DNA of 32,000 nucleotides from Vibrio cholerae ATCC 14035 (GTDB lineage Bacteria; Pseudomonadota; Gammaproteobacteria; Enterobacterales; Vibrionaceae): NCBI RefSeq assembly GCF_000621645.1, contig NZ_JHXR01000004.1, positions 210,001 to 242,000 of the forward strand, read 5' to 3'. Shown piece by piece: positions 8,675 to 17,180 of this stretch (position 1 is its first letter; each line of letters starts with the position of its first letter). The notes under the pieces were generated by a model. It saw only the letters and a program-made list of their open reading frames with translations, ran no database searches and was not told where the DNA came from. The position numbers and the translations under genes were made by a program.

Positions 8675-10002
8675 TCAACTCATTAAACCGCAAAATGACG
8701 TTACTGTTTATTGCATCACTGCTGTTAGTTGGTTTTATTGCTTTCTCATTACTGAACTTAGATCAGCGGCAGCAGCAAACCAATGCTGAGCTGGATACGA
8801 TTTTGGAAATCCAAAACAGCATTGCCATGTTGCGTAGCCAGCTCTGGGTCTTTCTGCAATACAACGATGCTCATAGCTTAGAGCAGGTTTATCGTGCGCA
8901 GCAGGTTTTGGCTGGGCAGCTCGAGATGGAAACGGTCTTTGGGCAACACTTAGCCGGCATCCAAAGAATGAATAACAGTTTAGCCGGGCTATTAGAACAA
9001 GAGCGCTACATGGCCGAAGAATCGGGCATTACTAAGTTGGTCGATGGCATCGGAACTTATGAGCTACTTCACTCTCGATACAATATTTTGGTGCAAAACA
9101 TGAATGAGGAGTTGGCCTATTTTCAGCGTCAAGTCATGGAAGAGAGCATTAATAATCAACGCTATTTATTGTTAACCACCATGGCGCACTTACTGCTCTT
9201 CTCATCGGTTGTCTGTGGTATCGCGCTGGTGGTGTTACGCCGCTTCCGACATGGATGTAAAACTCTCCAAGAAGGGATTGAACAAATGGCGAAAGGGGAT
9301 CTCGCCAGCCGAATTTCCACTCAAAATAATGAACAAGAGTTTGTTCAATTAACTCAGTTTTTCAATCAAATGAAGGCTTCGCTGCAAAGCACAACCGTTA
9401 CCAAAGATGAGTTACAAGCGGAAGTGGCAAGAAAAACCGCCAAATTAGAGCGTCAAAAAGCGGAATTACGTTTCTTGTCAGAAAGAGATTCATTGACAGG
9501 TATTTTGAACCGCCGTGCCTTTAAACAGCAGCTTAGTCACGCGTTAATTAAAGCGAAGCGCTCAAACATGAAGCTGGCTTTGCTGTTTTTTGACTTAGAT
9601 AAATTTAAAGAAATCAATGACACCAAAGGGCACGAAGTAGGTGATCTTGTCTTGCAAGAAATCGCTCAACGGCTCAAAGGGTCGATACGAGAATCGGATT
9701 TTTGTGGGCGCTTAGGGGGGGATGAATTTGTGGTATGCCTAGATCTGCTGCAGGATCACAGTGGCGTTATCAATAAGGCTTATCAGATGCTAGAAAAACT
9801 ACAAAAGCCGCTTCAACTTAACCAAGAGAGCTTAGAGATTGGGGTGAGTATTGGTGTCGCCTTATATCCAGAGCAAGCGACCCAAGTACCTGAATTATTG
9901 CGTATTGCTGATGAGGCGATGTACACCGCAAAACATCAATCCGGCAATACGGTGTATTGCGCCCACCAAGATAAGCACGATCACACCAGTTTAGTGAGCT
10001 GA
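8671..10002 (+). CDS. Membrane diguanylate cyclase: periplasmic helical sensor, HAMP and GGDEF domains, with I-site
   Basis: Two TM helices flank a helical loop of about 135 aa. A HAMP-like segment (RHGCKTLQEGIEQMAKGDLASRIS) is followed by a coiled coil and a GGDEF domain with an intact RLGGDEF. RESD lies 5 aa upstream, the RxxD I-site. TTG start at 8671 with GGAGG (8660-8664) overlaps the upstream TGA as TTGA; ATG at 8695 is the alternative. Probably VC1370 by gene order (unverified). Confidence 0.85.
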   Translation: MINSLNRKMTLLFIASLLLVGFIAFSLLNLDQRQQQTNAELDTILEIQNSIAMLRSQLWVFLQYNDAHSLEQVYRAQQVLAGQLEMETVFGQHLAGIQRMNNSLAGLLEQERYMAEESGITKLVDGIGTYELLHSRYNILVQNMNEELAYFQRQVMEESINNQRYLLLTTMAHLLLFSSVVCGIALVVLRRFRHGCKTLQEGIEQMAKGDLASRISTQNNEQEFVQLTQFFNQMKASLQSTTVTKDELQAEVARKTAKLERQKAELRFLSERDSLTGILNRRAFKQQLSHALIKAKRSNMKLALLFFDLDKFKEINDTKGHEVGDLVLQEIAQRLKGSIRESDFCGRLGGDEFVVCLDLLQDHSGVINKAYQMLEKLQKPLQLNQESLEIGVSIGVALYPEQATQVPELLRIADEAMYTAKHQSGNTVYCAHQDKHDHTSLVS

Positions 10003-10012
10003 TGCACAAAGG

Positions 10013-10049
10013 CCGCAGCAACGGGATCAGAATTTGGTTGCTGCGGTTT
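10013..10049 (+). terminator. Putative terminator between convergent genes
   Basis: Perfect 10-bp stem ccgcagcaac (10013-10022) / gttgctgcgg (10037-10046) with a 14-nt loop, followed by uuucug. Confidence 0.5.
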
Positions 10050-10052
10050 CTG

Positions 10053-10733
10053 TCATGACGATGAGTAGCGCGCGTTTTTGGGCGCTGCGGGTCTCGCGTG
10101 AAAAGGCTTTGTGGGATTCGGTTTACGTCGAGCGGCAAATTTTGCGGGTTTATGCTGTGATTGTCTCTGCTCGGCGGCTTTCTTTGCCGCCACATTTTCG
10201 ACGACAAAATAGGGGTCTTCGTAGTGTTCGGCTGGTCCAAATTCTTGTTTGACCAAGCGATTCCACAATCCACGGTCAAAACCTTGTTCAGGAATGGCAG
10301 GGTAGAGTGTCTCAATTTCTTCTTGAGCATAATTCAAGAATGCGGCTTTTTGAGTTTGATTAAAGCGCTGCGCAACCGTGTTATGTTTTTTGATCCACAC
10401 TATTTTAAATTGACGTAATTCTGCTTCTGCCTGCTCTAAGGGTAAACGAGACAGATAAATGCGCTTATAAGACACTTTTCTATCGATCATAGTGCGCATT
10501 GCGGTTTGAATATAATCACCGTGATGAGTAATCGAAATGTCGTCCGGATCAAACAGATTGACGCACCAACCCTTAGGCAGAAATTCGTCTTGTTGATATT
10601 GATGATTGCGTGCGACCAGTGCTTGATGGAGCACTAAATCAGACTTACCTCGAAAAGTTTGCTGCCATTTGGCAATGCGCACTTGGATTGACCCTGGCAA
10701 ACGAAAAACATGTGTAAATTTATCTTGTTCCAT
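10053..10733 (-). CDS. Hypothetical protein (226 aa) with a basic, Pro/Lys/Arg-rich C-terminal tail
   Basis: Long ORF with ordinary composition and no recognisable motifs. The last ~45 aa (AAKKAAEQRQSQHKPAKFAARRKPNPTKPFHARPAAPKNARY) look disordered and strongly basic. Confidence 0.6.
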   Translation of the reverse strand: MEQDKFTHVFRLPGSIQVRIAKWQQTFRGKSDLVLHQALVARNHQYQQDEFLPKGWCVNLFDPDDISITHHGDYIQTAMRTMIDRKVSYKRIYLSRLPLEQAEAELRQFKIVWIKKHNTVAQRFNQTQKAAFLNYAQEEIETLYPAIPEQGFDRGLWNRLVKQEFGPAEHYEDPYFVVENVAAKKAAEQRQSQHKPAKFAARRKPNPTKPFHARPAAPKNARYSSS

Positions 10734-11127
10734 TGGCTTATTTGCAACCTGAGCTTGTATACCCAGCCTATATGATTGCGAAAGAGTGGAAGATTGAAGG
10801 ATATCCGCTTTTCCGCAACGTTAGGGTATCTGGGCATAGAATCTATGTTTTATTGATACCTCGATTTCCTGCATAGGGGAGGCTATTCACGAAAATCGAA
10901 ATTAAGCAAAAGAGCAAACTGTCACAGCAGTTACTAACCAACGACGCGAGTCTACTTGTCTTTAATAAGACTATAGTTTTGTTTGGGAGGCGAATTCTAC
11001 ACCCGTTCAGGTCGTTAATGCGAGCTTAAGTTGTTAGATAATTTATATTTTAGTAGTTATTTGGGGAGAAGAGCGCCAAAATGTTGTTTAAGTTGATTTT
11101 ATTTTTGTGCATTCAGGACGACCAAGC

Positions 11128-12285
11128 ATGATGGATCTTTCTTTTTTAGAAATTGCCACAGTGATAAATAACATCGCATGCAGTGCAATAGCCGCGCTCT
11201 TTCTTTATATGTTAAGAAGCAAGCTGATTGAACATAAATTGGATACGGCCACTTGGTTTGTGCTGCTGTTTTTGGCTTACGGCTTGGCTTATACCACCTC
11301 TTCGCTGCGTTTTATTTTACCGATGGGATTTGCCATCTTTGTCAATAACTTGCTCTATCAACTTGGCGGTTATTGCATGCTATTTGCCGTATTGCGCTGG
11401 TATCAAAAGCCGATCAAAAGTGGCTTATACCTACTGATGATGGCGCACTCCTTGTTGTTTGCTTTGTTGTTATATCTCTTGTTCCGTTTGAATCCTGAAG
11501 ACATAGGACTGCGCATCTTGATTGCTTCGTTAAGCTTGTCTTCGGTGTATCTGATTTCTGCAATCGTTGCGGCAAAAAATGGTCAGCGTGGGCGGCCAGA
11601 GCAAACTCTTTTCGCTGTTGTATTGGCAATGATGATGGTCATGCTCTACGTTCCTTTCGTCGCTTATCAAACTTTACCTTTGTTGGCGGTATTTCGCGCC
11701 TCGACCATAGTGGTGCAGAACCTGTTCTTTTTTATCATTCTTGGCACCATGCTAATGCTGTTTTTGTTCGAGGAAATAGAATGGCATCGCTTACGCTCTA
11801 TTCAAGATGAACTGACAGGCGCGTTTAACCGTCGTCATTTTAAAGAGCAAGTACAGCAAAAATTGAAGCAGTCTAAGCAGAAATCTATGGTGGCTTTAGT
11901 CGATATTGACCATTTCAAGCAGATCAATGATTCCTATGGACATGATATTGGTGATTCAGTGATCACTTATGTGGTTCGCCATTTAGAGTCACTGGCATTA
12001 ACGGAATGCTTGGTCGCTCGATATGGCGGTGAAGAGTTCGCGATCTTTGCCCGTGAAAATGATTTTGAGCGAGTATCGCAAGCTCTTGATTCGGTACGTG
12101 ATGCGATTTCGGTAGGTTTTCATGTTGAACAGCAACCACTCAAAGTATCGGTCAGTATCGGCGCGGTGATTTTCGAAAGTTCACATGAATATGGCGAAGT
12201 ATTACGCCAAGCGGATAAGGCGTTATACCAAGCGAAGCAACAAGGACGAAACCGAATCATGCTGCAAGACGTGAGCGCGAGTTAA
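11128..12285 (+). CDS. Polytopic-membrane diguanylate cyclase (GGEEF)
   Basis: About 210 aa with 6-7 predicted TM helices, then a GGDEF domain (LTGAFNRRHF, VDIDHFKQINDSYGHDIGD, RYGGEEFAIF). There is no RxxD I-site 5 aa upstream of the motif. ATG at 11128 is preferred over the GTG at 11107. Probably VC1372 by gene order (unverified). Confidence 0.85.
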   Translation: MMDLSFLEIATVINNIACSAIAALFLYMLRSKLIEHKLDTATWFVLLFLAYGLAYTTSSLRFILPMGFAIFVNNLLYQLGGYCMLFAVLRWYQKPIKSGLYLLMMAHSLLFALLLYLLFRLNPEDIGLRILIASLSLSSVYLISAIVAAKNGQRGRPEQTLFAVVLAMMMVMLYVPFVAYQTLPLLAVFRASTIVVQNLFFFIILGTMLMLFLFEEIEWHRLRSIQDELTGAFNRRHFKEQVQQKLKQSKQKSMVALVDIDHFKQINDSYGHDIGDSVITYVVRHLESLALTECLVARYGGEEFAIFARENDFERVSQALDSVRDAISVGFHVEQQPLKVSVSIGAVIFESSHEYGEVLRQADKALYQAKQQGRNRIMLQDVSAS

Positions 12286-12305
12286 CTCAGATTGTTTATA
12301 GGATG

Positions 12306-12321
12306 GGAGCCTAACGGCTCC
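12306..12321 (+). terminator. Weak hairpin after the GGEEF gene
   Basis: ggagcc / ggctcc forms a 6-bp stem with loop uaac, followed by uaauuuc. The stem is short and the U tract poor. Confidence 0.3.
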
Positions 12322-12396
12322 TAATTTCAATACCTGCAACTCCCAGTAGTTTTGGTATATCTGCGACTTCAAGTTGTTTGGGCTTGTCGCTCTCGC

Positions 12397-15225
12397 TCAG
12401 TGAGCCAGCAAAATCAACCCGTTGGGTAAGCTTTCTCCAAAGGCGCGTTGAGTTTCCGCTTCATCCAGTTCGACTACGTCACTAACCAGATTAATCCATG
12501 AATCGGCCACGCGACTCTGCTTGAGCTTATCCAACACTTGTGTGCGCCATTCTTCCGATATATCGAGAGTGCGATCCCCCGTTTTGCGACACATCATCAC
12601 AGTGGCAAAAGCGCACATTGGCTCTTGTTGCCAGTCTTGCTCTAAGAGCTTAGGGAGCCACTGCTGGATCTGCTCTTTGGGCAGACAGGTATGCAGGCTG
12701 CCGTAAAAAGGTGTGCGAGCGGCCAATCGTCCTAATGCCCACCAATGTGCTTGTTGATATTGAGTATGGTTGAGTGCCTTATTTAAAAACCAAGTGGCGA
12801 GTAGAGTTTTGTCTTCCACCTGTAAATGCTCTAAAGAGGCGGCGAGACGCACCATGGCTTCATAGCCTTTCTCTTGGGCTTCTTTAGTTGAAGCAGGCGT
12901 TCGCATTGCTCCGGGATGGAGATACTTGGCGATATCTGCCAGCAAGGTTTCTTGCTGTTCTTGATTCAAACCACCCGCAACACGACGCCAGAATACCCAC
13001 CAATCTGTCCAACCTTGCGTATTGGTAAACTGAATACCTTGTTGGTACAGCGCCCAAATTTGTTCAATCCGCCAACCATCAGTGGCATCACCAAAACCGG
13101 GACGTAAGCAGAGGCCGGCCAGACGTAGCCAGTTTTTTTCATGGGGCTCTGAACGGCGACGGCGCTTACGGCCAAGGGCAAGCGTGTCAAACAGGCTGCG
13201 TAAGGTGGAAAAATCCCACGTTTCCCGTTTACCTAAGCGTTTTTCTAGCTCTTTGGTCAGCGTTTTGATCGCTTGTTGGTCAGCACTGGTTTTATTGGCG
13301 CTGTAGATTTTGCTGATGAGATCTTTCGCCTGTTGTAACTTAGGAGAAGTAGCGACGCTGTCCTCCAGCTCTCCGGCTTGGGTTAAGCTGTGACGAATAT
13401 CAAATTCGACCTGCCAGCGCTGCTTTTCATCATTGGGATTGACACACACGATTTGCAGCGTGCCCACCTCGGTTAATTGGCAGGCCAATTGCACTTCTAC
13501 GCGCTGCTTTTGGTTGGCGGCAAGCTCGGTGGGATCGAGTGCGGGTAACGTAACAATATAAGGCGGCAAGGGCTGAAACTTATCGGTATCAATGGTAAAC
13601 AGAGCGCCATTTTGTACCCGTTGCTCTTGTGTGACGTGATCGTGCGTCGAAGTTAACAAATTAAAGCGCACCGGTTCACCGACCGTGAGGGCAAAGCGGC
13701 GGCTGGTTAAACGAATTTCTTGTCCTTCTTCACTGCCTTTGGCGAGCAAACATAAGGCTTTGCCGAGTTTATTTTTTTCTTGTAGATGAAGGAAATAAGA
13801 GCGCGCTGCGCCACCACCGATTTTGAGCTGTGCACCGCGTCTTGCTTTGGCATAAGCCACAGCGCCTAATGCGACAGACCAGTCTGGGTGTGGGTTATCA
13901 AGTAGGGTGATTGGCCGGCCTAACCAGTCACTCAGTAACGCGATGAGTCTTTGCGTGATGAGCGAACTATTAAAGACGCCACCGTTGAGTAATAACGCTG
14001 TCGGCAACAGGTCGGTGGATACTGTATTGGGCTCTGTATTAGGATCGGAAGGCACCACGCCTTGATGGTGGCTCAAAAACTCAGCGATATGTTTACTGAC
14101 CGCAGGGTCAGACGCATAAGGCAAGCCAAACTCCACGACTGCACTGCGGCGTTTCTCTGGTAGTACGTCACGCTGGGTCAGTGGAAAAAATCCATCAAGC
14201 GCAATCTGGTGTACTTCGTCACGGTGTAGGGCGACACTTTGAGTGCCGCCAAGTAATTTTGAGCCGCTGCCGAGCAGGGTAATTTTCATCTGCTCTGGTG
14301 CATCTGCAGAGAGCAGGCTCTCTTTCGCTTGGCGGGTTTGCTGGATAAGCTTGGATAAACCTGCCGCGCTGAGTTTTTTGTTTTGGTTAAAGCGACGTTC
14401 CGCCACATGCGCTAAAGCCAGATCAATGTTGTCACCGCCAAGCATCAAATGATCGCCGACGCCAATTCGATTGAGTTGTAAGGCGGCCTGCGCATCAAAT
14501 TGCGCGGCAATCAGGCTTAAATCCGTGGTACCCCCACCGACATCACACACCAGAATCAGCGGGGACGCATGCAAGATCTCGTTGGCTTGGGTTTGATGGC
14601 GATGATGCCAGTCATAACACACCGCTTGTGGCTCTTCGAGCAGCATGATGTTGGATAACCCAGCCAGTCGTGCGGCTTCGAGCGTTAATTTTCGCGCCGT
14701 TTCGTCAAACGAGGCTGGGACGGTGATCACCACTTCTTGCTGCTCAAGCGGGTTCAACGGATGGCGATGATTCCACGCTTGGCGAATATGGTTGAGGTAG
14801 CTGGCGCTGGCGACAATCGGTGATACTTTTTCAACATCGCTGGCACCTGCCCAAGGCAAAATCGGCTGAGTACGATCGACATTAGGGTGTGACAGCCAGC
14901 TTTTGGCACTGGAGACTTGCCGGCCTTCGACTTTCGCGCCTAAATCGCGTGCCCACTCGCCAATAATCACTTGGGGCAGATCGCCCTCGACCAATTCGGA
15001 TGACCATGGCAGGGTCAAATCAGAATCGGTGAATTGTCCGTGTGAAGGGTGGTAGCGGAAAGACGGAAGAAGTGGACGGCGAACCACCTCGCCTGGGCCA
15101 ATCAATTGATCGACAGGAAAAATCTCTATAGGCGCTTGTTCAAGAGCATCGCTCAATTCACAAAAGGCGACCACAGTATTGGTGGTGCCTAAATCAATGC
15201 CGACCAGAAAACGTGGTGATGACAT
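12397..15225 (-). CDS. Long non-canonical Hsp70-family ATPase (about 942 aa) with a Trp-rich helical C-terminal extension
   Basis: Contains actin-fold/Hsp70 motifs: VGIDLGTTNT, VCDVGGGTTDLSL, LLNGGVFNS. A beta-rich middle region is paralogous to the upstream gene (WQVEFDIR vs WHVEFDVR). About 300 aa of C-terminal extension carries 15 Trp and an RKRRRR patch. ATG at 15225 has GAGG 6 nt upstream and is preferred over ATG at 15243. Confidence 0.85.
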   Translation of the reverse strand: MSSPRFLVGIDLGTTNTVVAFCELSDALEQAPIEIFPVDQLIGPGEVVRRPLLPSFRYHPSHGQFTDSDLTLPWSSELVEGDLPQVIIGEWARDLGAKVEGRQVSSAKSWLSHPNVDRTQPILPWAGASDVEKVSPIVASASYLNHIRQAWNHRHPLNPLEQQEVVITVPASFDETARKLTLEAARLAGLSNIMLLEEPQAVCYDWHHRHQTQANEILHASPLILVCDVGGGTTDLSLIAAQFDAQAALQLNRIGVGDHLMLGGDNIDLALAHVAERRFNQNKKLSAAGLSKLIQQTRQAKESLLSADAPEQMKITLLGSGSKLLGGTQSVALHRDEVHQIALDGFFPLTQRDVLPEKRRSAVVEFGLPYASDPAVSKHIAEFLSHHQGVVPSDPNTEPNTVSTDLLPTALLLNGGVFNSSLITQRLIALLSDWLGRPITLLDNPHPDWSVALGAVAYAKARRGAQLKIGGGAARSYFLHLQEKNKLGKALCLLAKGSEEGQEIRLTSRRFALTVGEPVRFNLLTSTHDHVTQEQRVQNGALFTIDTDKFQPLPPYIVTLPALDPTELAANQKQRVEVQLACQLTEVGTLQIVCVNPNDEKQRWQVEFDIRHSLTQAGELEDSVATSPKLQQAKDLISKIYSANKTSADQQAIKTLTKELEKRLGKRETWDFSTLRSLFDTLALGRKRRRRSEPHEKNWLRLAGLCLRPGFGDATDGWRIEQIWALYQQGIQFTNTQGWTDWWVFWRRVAGGLNQEQQETLLADIAKYLHPGAMRTPASTKEAQEKGYEAMVRLAASLEHLQVEDKTLLATWFLNKALNHTQYQQAHWWALGRLAARTPFYGSLHTCLPKEQIQQWLPKLLEQDWQQEPMCAFATVMMCRKTGDRTLDISEEWRTQVLDKLKQSRVADSWINLVSDVVELDEAETQRAFGESLPNGLILLAH

Positions 15226-15252
15226 GCGATACCTCGTGTTCATAAAGGTTGA

Positions 15253-15274
15253 GCGGCACCCCGAAGGATGCCGC
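15253..15274 (-). other. Intercistronic UUCG-tetraloop hairpin between the two Hsp70-like genes
   Basis: On the minus-strand RNA, gcggcaucc-uucg-gggugccgc gives a 9-bp stem with one G-U pair. The same position is a C/A mismatch on the plus strand, so the fold is strand-specific for the mRNA sense. Confidence 0.5.
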
Positions 15275-15284
15275 TACTGTCTTG

Positions 15285-17180
15285 TTAATGTTGCTGTGGT
15301 GTAGGTTCGTTCTGTGGGTTATCCCGAACATCAAATTCCACATGCCATTTTTGGCCATTATCAGCCGCAATCGCTTCAAGATAGAGCGTACCGAGCTCAG
15401 TCACTCGTGATGCCAGCGTAACCGGAACCACTTCTCCTGCTCGGCGACCTTCAGAAACAGGTAAGGTGATCTGAATGGTTGGCAGATCGTCTAGTTCATC
15501 ATTGGCCCAATCGACAAGGTGAGTCCCCGCAACATCATCACGGCGAACGGTGGAGCCATAGAATTGGAAGTGCACTGGCTCACCAATCACTAGGCCAAAC
15601 TGGCGATCCGCGACTTGCGCGCTCGAGCCTTCTTCCATACCAAATGGAGCAACGCAGAGTGCTTCCATCGGCGGTAACATGCCCGGAATGGCTGGCATCG
15701 CACTTTCAATCCCGACATAGTAAGCCGAAGCAATACCACCACGGATGCGTATCCCTTGACCTTGACGCACAACGCCGTAGTAAGCCGCGCCACGTGCCAC
15801 TGCCAGATCCAAATCCACTCCGGCAAGGAGTTTGGCAGGAGCCGCATTGGCCTGAGTTAACCAAGCATTGATGGTTTCTAGCAAACGATCGGCAAGCAGA
15901 GTCGATTTAAGCACACCGCCGTTAAGTAAAATGGCACTTGGCTTAATGAAATCGGCTTGTGGAGCGGCCATGCCCGGAATGCCGGCCATCGCGAAAGGCA
16001 GGCTTTCGGTTTGACCTTGCGCGTTGGCTTGTTTACTTAAAAATGCGGCGATGTGGCGAGTGATGCCGGCATCTTGCGCGTAAGGCAAACTCATCTGAGT
16101 CAGTGCGCCGCGCATTTTGTGTTGTGGATGTTCGTTGATAGAAACTGCTGGGAAGAAACCATCGACTAGCGTTTGCTGAACTTCTTCACGAGTCAGTTCG
16201 GTTTTCAGTGTTGCGCCGAGCAGTTTAGAACCGCGGCTTGGTACCACGATCGGCACTGCGGCCAAATCCGGTTGGCTGAGGAGTACTTCTTTTGCATCAC
16301 GGCATGCGTGTGTCATGGCTTGTACTTGCCACATTTGCAGCTCTTTGCCTTCCTGCGCCAACTTCATTTTCAGACGATAGGCGAGGGCGAGATCCATGTT
16401 ATCGCCACCGAGCAGAATATGTTCGCCAACGGCAATACGCTTGAGGGCAAGGTTGCCTTCTTCTTCGGTCACTTCGACCAGTGAGAGGTCAGTGGTACCG
16501 CCGCCGATATCGATCACTAACACCACATCGCCAACGCTCACTTCACTGCGCCATTGCTCATGGCGGTTATCAATCCAGCTGTACAGCGCCGCTTGTGGTT
16601 CTTCGAGCAGAGTAAAGTGCTGCAGGCCAATATTACGTGCCGCTTCCGCGGTTAAATCACGGGCGGCAGGATCAAACGAAGCAGGAACGGTAATGGTGAC
16701 ATCTTGTTCAGCTAATGGGGCATCAGGATGCGCATGATCCCACGCGGCTTGTAAGTGCTCTAAATAAAGTTCAGTGGCACGCAGAGGGGAAATTTTGCTG
16801 ACATCTTCAGGGCTGCCCGATGGCAAAAAGGCTTCGCGACGATTAACGCCCGCATGGCATAATCAAGATTTGGCGCTTGCGACTAGGCGAATCGGGGTTT
16901 TTGAGCCCAAATTACGCGCAATTGCACCGACCAGTGCAGTTGGTTCACTGCTCCAAGGCAAACGGCGTGAAGCGGCAGCCATTTCATGTTCATGGGGTTG
17001 ATAAACGAAAGAACCGAGCTGGTTGAGGTTTTCCACAGTGCCCGGCGCTGTCATTTGCGCAATCGACATCACTTCAACACGGCTCTCTTCACTCTGTACA
17101 TCTTGATAAGCGAGTACGCAGTGGGTTGTACCAAGGTCGATACCTACACTGTATTTGGCGGAATGAATTGGCATCTCCAT
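15285..17180 (-). pseudogene. Hsp70-family ATPase (about 631 codons) interrupted by an in-frame TGA
   Basis: ORF fragments 16863-17264 (N-terminal; true start MEMPIHSAKYSVGIDLGTTH at 17180) and 15285-16826 are in the same frame. They are separated only by a TGA at 16863-16865 within …LVASAKS*LCHAGVN. The in-window paralog reads SSAKSWLSHPNV at that position. Contains VIDIGGGTTDLSL and LLNGGVLKS motifs. Confidence 0.8.

Noticed and set aside
9818-10330. 170-aa minus-strand ORF spanning the end of the HAMP-GGDEF gene, the terminator hairpin and the start of the next gene's 3' region
   Set aside because: It crosses a terminator and two better-supported genes. Its composition (P/R/S/N-rich) is not protein-like.
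15479-16737. Plus-strand ORFs (15479-15871, 16173-16484, 16396-16737) opposite the Hsp70-like gene
   Set aside because: They are antisense to strongly motif-bearing coding sequence, with Ser/Pro/Arg-rich composition typical of shadow frames.
16863-16865. TGA as selenocysteine or a programmed read-through codon
   Set aside because: The paralog has Trp at the aligned position in the conserved SAKSWL motif. I see no obvious SECIS-like hairpin immediately downstream. A simple TGG-to-TGA nonsense change is more parsimonious.
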